From assembly GCA_947493885.1 (NCBI GenBank), contig CANLTE010000013.1, positions 1,772-65,771 of the forward strand: a stretch of DNA of 64,000 bases, written 5' to 3'. The position numbers and the translations under genes are program-made. The notes beneath the pieces are model-generated. The model worked only from the letters and a program-made list of their open reading frames with translations, was not told where the DNA came from and made no database searches. The DNA comes from an uncultured Maribacter sp. (GTDB taxonomy: Bacteria; Bacteroidota; Bacteroidia; Flavobacteriales; Flavobacteriaceae). Positions within the stretch are counted from its first letter, which is position 1. Every line of letters starts with the position of its first letter. Of the stretch, positions 57,698-64,000 are shown piece after piece.

Positions 57698-57838
57698 ATG
57701 AACAACACTATTTATATAATTTTTGGAGTATTGGCTGTAATTTATCTTTTTATTTCGATGAATAATAGAAGACAATCTAAAAAAAGAAAGTCTAAAAGAT
57801 TTATGGACGACTATCAATCTAAAACAAAAAAAGATTAA
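57698..57838 (+). CDS. 46-aa single-pass membrane protein (missed by ORF track)
   Basis: MNNTIYIIFGVLAVIYLFISMNNRRQSKKRKSKRFMDDYQSKTKKD*: one TM followed by a strongly basic tail. Confidence 0.7.
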   Translation: MNNTIYIIFGVLAVIYLFISMNNRRQSKKRKSKRFMDDYQSKTKKD

Positions 57839-57873
57839 CCTAAACATACCTTTAACACGGTTTATCTATAGCT

Positions 57874-58449
57874 ATGAAAATATATACCAAAACAGGAGAT
57901 AAAGGCACAACAGCTCTTTTTGGAGGCACTCGTGTACCCAAACATCATATTAGAATTGATAGTTACGGCACCGTAGATGAACTTAATACTTGGCTGGGAT
58001 TAATTAGTGACCAAGAAATAAACAAACACTATAGTACTGTTTTACATAAAATACAAGCCAAACTTTTTACCGTAGGAGCTATTCTGGCAACGGACCCTGA
58101 AAAAGAGGTTTTAAAAAGTGGCAAAAGCCGATTAAACATCGAAAAAATTACCTCTGAAGATGTATCGTTTTTAGAAAATGAAATGGATACTATGGAAGCT
58201 TCACTTCCACCCATGACACATTTTATTTTACCTCACGGACACACTACCGTGTCATACTGTCATATTGCCCGTACTGTTTGTCGCAGAGCCGAAAGGCTTG
58301 TTACTGCTTTAAACGAAGTAGAGCCTTTTGAAAATAATGTTATTGCATATATCAACAGGCTTTCAGACTATATTTTTGTATTGGCACGAAAATTGTCTAA
58401 AGATTTAAACGCGAAAGAGACAAAATGGATACCTGAGAAAAAAGGCTAA
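57874..58449 (+). CDS. PduO-type ATP:cob(I)alamin adenosyltransferase
   Basis: MKIYTKTGDKGTT, YGTVDELN, FILP, RTVCRRAER, NRLSDY. Confidence 0.95.
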   Translation: MKIYTKTGDKGTTALFGGTRVPKHHIRIDSYGTVDELNTWLGLISDQEINKHYSTVLHKIQAKLFTVGAILATDPEKEVLKSGKSRLNIEKITSEDVSFLENEMDTMEASLPPMTHFILPHGHTTVSYCHIARTVCRRAERLVTALNEVEPFENNVIAYINRLSDYIFVLARKLSKDLNAKETKWIPEKKG

Positions 58450-58582
58450 TAAATTCGTTTTTTATTCGTTATCAATTTATTAAATACATAATTGTTAAGT
58501 TTTTTATGCAATAACGACTGAAAAAACTTGGCAGTTTGCTTTAAAAAATTATTTTTGCAAAAAATTAAAATTAGTTATAAAC

Positions 58583-58807
58583 ATGTACTGGACATTAGAA
58601 TTGGCTTCTTATTTAAGTGATGCACCATGGCCGGCCACCAAAGATGAATTAATTGATTACTCAATACGAACAGGAGCTCCGCTTGAAGTTGTAGAGAATT
58701 TACAATCAATGGAAGAAGAAGGTGGGGAAATATATGAGTCTATTGAAGAAATTTGGCCAGATTATCCCACCGAAGAAGATTACCTCTGGAACGAGGACGA
58801 ATATTAA
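58583..58807 (+). CDS. DUF2795-family small acidic protein
   Basis: MYWTLELASYLSDAPWPATKDELIDY...GAPLEVVENL. Confidence 0.88.
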   Translation: MYWTLELASYLSDAPWPATKDELIDYSIRTGAPLEVVENLQSMEEEGGEIYESIEEIWPDYPTEEDYLWNEDEY

Positions 58808-58828
58808 TAATATTATCAAATTTGCTAT

Positions 58829-58857
58829 AAAAAAGTCTCCTTGGAGGCTTTTTTTTT
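58829..58857 (+). terminator. Intrinsic terminator
   Basis: AAAAAAGTCTCC-TT-GGAGGCTTTTTTTTT. Confidence 0.75.
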
Positions 58858-59007
58858 ATGTAATTTTGGCAGGCTAACAGGTATTTTTGGCTATTTTGAG
58901 TTATGGAATACCTTTTGATATTTGGTAAGGTATAAAAATGCATACCTAAACAGTGATTATTCAGAGCGCAAAACCGCTTGAAAAATCAAATAAACATATT
59001 ATAGATT

Positions 59008-62000
59008 ATGAGTTTTATAAATTCAATACTAAAGGCTTTTGTTGGAGATAAATCTAAGAAAGATGTAAAGGAACTTCAGCCATTAGTAGACAAAATAAAA
59101 TCTTTTGAAAATCAATTAGAAGGTCTGGGGCATGATGAACTTCGAAATAAAACAAATCAATTTAAACAGTTATTAAAAGATAACTGTAAAGAAATTACTG
59201 ATAAAATTGATGTACTTACTAAAGAAGTAAATGAATCTACAGATATTGATAAAAACGAAGATATCTATGGCGAGATAGATAAACTTAAAGAAGAAGCTTA
59301 CAAAATATCGGAAGATACCTTAAATGATATACTTCCTGAAGCTTTTGCAGTAGTTAAAGAAACCGCTAAACGTTTTACAAATAACACTACGCTTACGGTA
59401 ACCGCTACTCCTTTTGACAGAGAAATATCGGGTAGTAAAGATTATGTTACGCTTGATGGTGATAGCGCTACCTGGAAAAACTCTTGGGACGCAGCTGGTA
59501 AAGAAGTAACCTGGGACATGATTCATTATGATGTTCAGCTTATTGGAGGTATTGCACTGCACCAAGGTAAAATTGCTGAAATGCATACTGGAGAAGGTAA
59601 AACGCTTGTAGCAACATTACCTGTTTATCTTAACGCATTAACCGGCAACGGAGTGCATTTGGTAACGGTAAACGATTATCTAGCAAAACGAGATAGTGCG
59701 TGGATGGCCCCTATTTTTGAGTTCCATGGTTTATCCGTTGACTGTATAGATTACCACAAGCCAAATTCTGAGGGACGAATTGCAGCCTATAATGCTGACA
59801 TTACATACGGTACTAACAACGAATTTGGTTTTGACTATCTAAGAGATAACATGGCGCATACACCAAAAGACTTAGTACAAAAACCACATAATTATGCCAT
59901 TGTGGATGAGGTAGATTCCGTACTTGTTGATGATGCCCGTACACCTTTAATAATTTCAGGTCCCGTACCAGAAGGTGATCGTCATGAATTTAATGAGCTT
60001 AAACCAAAAGTGGGTGATATTGTTCAAAAACAACGTCAACATCTTACCGGAGTTTTAGCAGAAGCCAAAAAATTAATTACTGAAGGAAATACTAAAGAAG
60101 GAGGTTTTCTTTTACTTAGGGTATACAGAGGTCTTCCAAAAAACAAAGCACTTATTAAATTTTTAAGTGAAGAGGGGGTTAAACAACTACTTCAAAAAAC
60201 GGAAAACTTCTACATGCAAGACAACAATCGTGAAATGCCTAAAGTAGATGAAGATTTACTTTTTGTTATTGACGAAAAAAATAATCAAATTGAGCTTACT
60301 GATAAGGGGGTAGAATATATTTCAGGAGATCAAAACAAAGACTTTTTTGTAATGCCAGATATTGGTGGTGAAATTGCAAAAATTGAAGAACAAAACCTTG
60401 AAATAGAGCAAGAAGCAGAACTTAAAGATGAGCTGTTTAAAGACTTTGCAGTAAAAAGTGAGCGTATTCACACCATGAGTCAGTTACTAAAAGCATATAC
60501 ACTTTTTGAAAAAGATGTTGAATATGTGGTAATGGACAATAAAGTAATGATTGTTGATGAGCAAACGGGTCGTATTATGGACGGTCGTAGATACTCAGAC
60601 GGTTTGCACCAAGCAATTGAAGCTAAAGAGAATGTAAAAATTGAAGCATTAACACAAACTTTTGCGACGGTTACCTTACAAAATTACTTTAGAATGTACA
60701 GCAAGCTTTCTGGTATGACAGGTACTGCAATTACAGAAGCTGGTGAATTCTGGGAGATTTACAAATTAGATGTTGTAGAGATTCCAACCAATAGACCTAT
60801 TGCCCGTGATGACCGTAACGATTTAATTTACAAAACAAAAAGAGAAAAATATAATGCTATTATTGACGAGGTCACCAATCTTTCGCAATCTGGCAGACCT
60901 GTATTAATAGGTACAACCTCGGTAGAAATTTCAGAATTACTTTCTCGAATGCTTAATATTCGTAAAGTACCACACAATGTTTTAAATGCTAAGCTGCATA
61001 AAAAAGAAGCAGATGTAGTTGCCGAAGCAGGTAAAGGCGGTATTGTAACTATTGCAACCAATATGGCAGGTCGTGGTACCGATATTAAATTATCAGATGA
61101 AGTTAAAGCCTCGGGAGGTTTGGCAATAGTAGGTACCGAGCGTCATGATTCCAGACGAGTAGACCGTCAGTTAAGAGGTCGTTCAGGTCGTCAAGGAGAT
61201 CCAGGAAGCTCGCAATTCTATGTTTCTTTAGAAGACAACTTAATGCGTTTATTTGGCTCCGATAGGGTTGCTAAAATGATGGATAAAATGGGACTTGAAG
61301 AAGGCGAAGTTATCCAACACAGTATGATGACAAAATCTATTGAACGTGCGCAGAAAAAAGTTGAAGAAAATAACTTTGGTGTTCGTAAACGTCTATTAGA
61401 GTATGATGATGTAATGAACGCGCAAAGAGAGGTTGTTTACAAACGAAGAAGACATGCATTACAGGGCGAACGCCTTAAAGTAGATATTGCCAATATGGTT
61501 TATGATACTTGCGAAGTAATTGCAGATACCAATAAAGGTGCAAACGATTTCAAAAACTTTGAGTTTGAGTTAATCAAGTATTTCTCAATCACCTCACCTA
61601 TTTCTGAATCGGACTTTGAGAAACTTAGCGTACAAGAAATTGCAAGTACCGTTTATAAAATAACATACGATTCATATCAAGAAAAAATGGAGCGTAACGC
61701 AGCTTCTGCTTTTCCCGTAATAAAACAAGTTTACGAAGATAAATCGTCAACGTACGAACGTATCGTGGTTCCGTTTACGGATGGTATTAAAACCTTAAAC
61801 GTTGTGACCGATTTACAGGGTGCGTATGAAAGTAATGGAAAACAATTAGTAAACGATTTTGAAAAAAATATTTCGCTTGCAATTATTGACGATTCTTGGA
61901 AAACGCATTTACGTAAAATGGACGAGTTAAAACAATCTGTTCAGCTTGCGGTACATGAACAAAAGGATCCTTTATTAATTTATAAATTTGAAGCCTTTAA

Positions 62001-62370
62001 CCTCTTCAAAAATATGATTGATGATGTTAATAAAGAAATTGTATCCTTTTTATTCAAAGGAGAATTGCCTTCAGAAAATCCAAACAATATTCAAGAAGCG
62101 CGAAATGTTCGTAGGCCAAAAGAAAATTTAAAGACTTCAAAAGAAGAAATTCCAAATAGCGATGAGTTGGCTGCGCAAAACAGAGCCGTAGGTCAAACAC
62201 AAGGTCAACGCCCTCAAATTACAGAGACTATTACCAGAGAACACCCAAAAATTGGTAGAAATGATAAAGTTACTATCAAAAATATAATGTCTGGTGAAAG
62301 TAAAACCGTAAAGTATAAACAAGCTGAACCTCTGATTAACAAGGGAGAATGGGTTTTAATTGAAAGTTAA
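59008..62370 (+). CDS. secA: Preprotein translocase ATPase SecA
   Basis: EMHTGEGKT, VTVNDYLA, VDEVDSVL, GRRYSDGLHQAIEAKE, TNMAGRGTDI, QLRGRSGRQGDPG. Confidence 0.98.
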   Translation: MSFINSILKAFVGDKSKKDVKELQPLVDKIKSFENQLEGLGHDELRNKTNQFKQLLKDNCKEITDKIDVLTKEVNESTDIDKNEDIYGEIDKLKEEAYKISEDTLNDILPEAFAVVKETAKRFTNNTTLTVTATPFDREISGSKDYVTLDGDSATWKNSWDAAGKEVTWDMIHYDVQLIGGIALHQGKIAEMHTGEGKTLVATLPVYLNALTGNGVHLVTVNDYLAKRDSAWMAPIFEFHGLSVDCIDYHKPNSEGRIAAYNADITYGTNNEFGFDYLRDNMAHTPKDLVQKPHNYAIVDEVDSVLVDDARTPLIISGPVPEGDRHEFNELKPKVGDIVQKQRQHLTGVLAEAKKLITEGNTKEGGFLLLRVYRGLPKNKALIKFLSEEGVKQLLQKTENFYMQDNNREMPKVDEDLLFVIDEKNNQIELTDKGVEYISGDQNKDFFVMPDIGGEIAKIEEQNLEIEQEAELKDELFKDFAVKSERIHTMSQLLKAYTLFEKDVEYVVMDNKVMIVDEQTGRIMDGRRYSDGLHQAIEAKENVKIEALTQTFATVTLQNYFRMYSKLSGMTGTAITEAGEFWEIYKLDVVEIPTNRPIARDDRNDLIYKTKREKYNAIIDEVTNLSQSGRPVLIGTTSVEISELLSRMLNIRKVPHNVLNAKLHKKEADVVAEAGKGGIVTIATNMAGRGTDIKLSDEVKASGGLAIVGTERHDSRRVDRQLRGRSGRQGDPGSSQFYVSLEDNLMRLFGSDRVAKMMDKMGLEEGEVIQHSMMTKSIERAQKKVEENNFGVRKRLLEYDDVMNAQREVVYKRRRHALQGERLKVDIANMVYDTCEVIADTNKGANDFKNFEFELIKYFSITSPISESDFEKLSVQEIASTVYKITYDSYQEKMERNAASAFPVIKQVYEDKSSTYERIVVPFTDGIKTLNVVTDLQGAYESNGKQLVNDFEKNISLAIIDDSWKTHLRKMDELKQSVQLAVHEQKDPLLIYKFEAFNLFKNMIDDVNKEIVSFLFKGELPSENPNNIQEARNVRRPKENLKTSKEEIPNSDELAAQNRAVGQTQGQRPQITETITREHPKIGRNDKVTIKNIMSGESKTVKYKQAEPLINKGEWVLIES

Positions 62371-62386
62371 AACCATAAAAACTAAT

Positions 62387-62416
62387 AAAAAGGCAACAAT
62401 ACTGTTGCCTTTTTTT
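62387..62416 (+). terminator. Terminator of secA
   Basis: AAAAAGGCAACA-ATAC-TGTTGCCTTTTTTT. Confidence 0.88.
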
Positions 62417-62626
62417 GTTTATGCCTTCAAATATTTCCCTAACTTTAAGATTCTAACATATAGCAAATACACTAAAACCTATTAAAAATTCACAAGTGAA
62501 GGTTTAAGAAGTTTAGTTAACTTCCATTTTAAAATGGGAAACAAGTTGCAATATTTAGAAAAAAGTTCTTGGTTTTAATGCCAAAACATAAGTAGCTTTA
62601 CACTGTAAAAATACGCTGACCACGTT

Positions 62627-63844
62627 ATGAATTTAAATAACCCAACCATAGATAAAGAGCGCTTAAAGGACAAAACAAAACTTGTCTTAAAAGTAAATTA
62701 CATATCGTCAGGCATTGCCATTCTCTTTGGACTTGCCTGTTATTTTTTTCTCAACATAACCGAGATAATTCCGCATACCCTAGTTGGCTTCGGAATTATT
62801 AATCTTATAAATACATTTGCGTTTAACGCCCATAAAAATCTAGAGTTTACATTTACCACCTCCTCCATCATTGCGGTTATAAGCGCTTTTATTATTATCT
62901 TATATAGTGGAGGCATTAATAGCTCCTTTATTTTTATTCTGCCCCTTATTGTATTTGCGGGTTATGTTACCACAAGAAAATATGGCCAAATTTATTTAAA
63001 TCTTATTTTTTTATTCATTATTGCAGTCTACTCGCAAAGCATTCCTGATTTTACATTTACCTATAATGTAATACCTCAAGAATCTCAAAATGTATTTAGT
63101 CTGTTTAGTATTTTGTTTTCTATTTATCTTCTCGGAAATGTTTTTGGTAAAAACCTATTGCGCACTCACCATAACCTATATCGCACCAAAAGTGCTTTAG
63201 TTAAAGAACTAGATGAAAAAGAAACCCTATTGCAAGAAGTTCACCATAGAGTAAAAAACAACCTACAAACGGTTTCTAGTTTATTGAGCTTACAATCTAG
63301 AGCTATTGAAGACCAAAAAACAAAAGAACTAATTAAAGCTACCCAAAACAGAGTAATATCTATGTCAATGGTTCACGAAATGCTTTATATGCGAAGTGAT
63401 ATTTCTAAAATTGAATACAAATCGTATGTTCAAGAGTTAAGTGAATTTTTAATTAAATCTATTAAAGGAATCGAAAATAAAATTGAGTTGAATATAGATA
63501 TCCCTAACATTAAGTTGGGCATTGATACTGCTATTCCGTTAGGGCTATTAATTAACGAAACCATTACAAACTCTTTAAAGTATGGTATCTGCGATGACGA
63601 CCAAGGCGAAATACATATTGCCTTAAAAAAAGACCCTAATAAAGACTACGTTTTAAATATTGGAGATAACGGTATTGGCTTTCCAGAAACCGTGGATTTC
63701 AAAAATACCAAATCGTTAGGACTAAAACTCATACACAACCTCACTCGACAATTACGAGGGTCTGTAACCCGAGATAATTCTAAAAAGGGAACTAATTATG
63801 TGATTAGGTTTCAAGAAATTGATAAAGAATTTTCGGCAATATAG
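62627..63844 (+). CDS. Membrane sensor histidine kinase (HisKA_2 / HWE-related)
   Basis: About 6 TMs; EVHHRVKNNLQ H-box; NETITNSLKY; DNGIG; SLGLKLI. Confidence 0.92.
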   Translation: MNLNNPTIDKERLKDKTKLVLKVNYISSGIAILFGLACYFFLNITEIIPHTLVGFGIINLINTFAFNAHKNLEFTFTTSSIIAVISAFIIILYSGGINSSFIFILPLIVFAGYVTTRKYGQIYLNLIFLFIIAVYSQSIPDFTFTYNVIPQESQNVFSLFSILFSIYLLGNVFGKNLLRTHHNLYRTKSALVKELDEKETLLQEVHHRVKNNLQTVSSLLSLQSRAIEDQKTKELIKATQNRVISMSMVHEMLYMRSDISKIEYKSYVQELSEFLIKSIKGIENKIELNIDIPNIKLGIDTAIPLGLLINETITNSLKYGICDDDQGEIHIALKKDPNKDYVLNIGDNGIGFPETVDFKNTKSLGLKLIHNLTRQLRGSVTRDNSKKGTNYVIRFQEIDKEFSAI

Positions 63845-63868
63845 CGTTACGAGAATATAACCTAAAAT

Positions 63869-63899
63869 AAAAAAACCTTTCTGTTGAGAAAGGTTTTTT
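63869..63899. terminator. Bidirectional terminator
   Basis: AAAAAAACCTTTCT-GTTG-AGAAAGGTTTTTT. Confidence 0.85.
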
Positions 63900-63924
63900 A
63901 ATATGGTTAAACTGGGTTATAGAT

Positions 63925-63999
63925 TTATTTTTTGTTTTTTACACGAACCCTAATAGGTTTCAATGTTGGTTTTTTTATCGTCGATAAAAAAATAGCGGT
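63925..63999 (-). CDS. Possible 3' end of a gene entering from the right edge
   Basis: The minus frame reads TAIFLSTIKKPTLKPIRVRVKNKK* toward the bidirectional terminator. Too short to identify. Confidence 0.3.
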   Translation of the reverse strand, partial: TAIFLSTIKKPTLKPIRVRVKNKK

Positions 64000-64000
64000 A

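Noticed and set aside
337-62322. Many short ORFs in the track that overlap real genes (e.g. 337..525, 4524..4903, 9723..10208, 10808..11461, 14045..14552, 31908..33651, 36425..37624, 45410..45760, 59320..62322)
   Set aside because: They are antisense or off-frame shadows of well-conserved genes and carry no recognisable motifs.
1-64000. CRISPR arrays, rRNA, IS elements, prophage or anti-phage defence genes
   Set aside because: I saw no regularly spaced repeats, rRNA-like sequence, transposase/integrase or defence-family motifs.

Overview
AT-rich chromosomal segment of a Flavobacteriaceae-type bacterium (Bacteroidota). The assignment rests on TAnnTTTG -7 promoter motifs, a T9SS C-terminal domain, and Flavobacterial-type infC, secA and crt genes. 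The backbone is housekeeping: thrS-infC-rpmI-rplT, dnaB, accA, tgt, aroK, acnA/acnB, moxR-surA, recQ, kdsD-tatC-lptB, rlmF, secA. Accessory modules interrupt it: (i) a glycerol catabolic cluster with a divergent GlpR and a Cof-HAD; (ii) a ~5 kb islet between tRNA-Lys(TTT) and tRNA-Leu(GAG) encoding an uncharacterised secreted six-hairpin glycosidase-like protein plus a CYP236A-type P450, ferredoxin and reductase; (iii) a crtI-crtB-crtZ-crtY carotenoid operon behind a CarH/LitR-like regulator with intact B12-binding motifs; (iv) a remodelled aconitase locus. The most notable hidden feature is in (iv): an unannotated, diverged second copy of the last ~50 codons of acnA with its own terminator (28444..28599, 36/48 aa identical to the intact gene). 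It lies on the far side of an orphan T9SS-secreted beta-helix gene, which suggests the acnA 3' end or the whole gene was replaced by incoming DNA carrying cargo. A double-HTH AraC / SnoaL / YHS / membrane-protein cassette sits on the other side of acnA. I found no integrase, transposase, CRISPR array or rRNA. Family assignments come from motif recognition by eye, not database searches.
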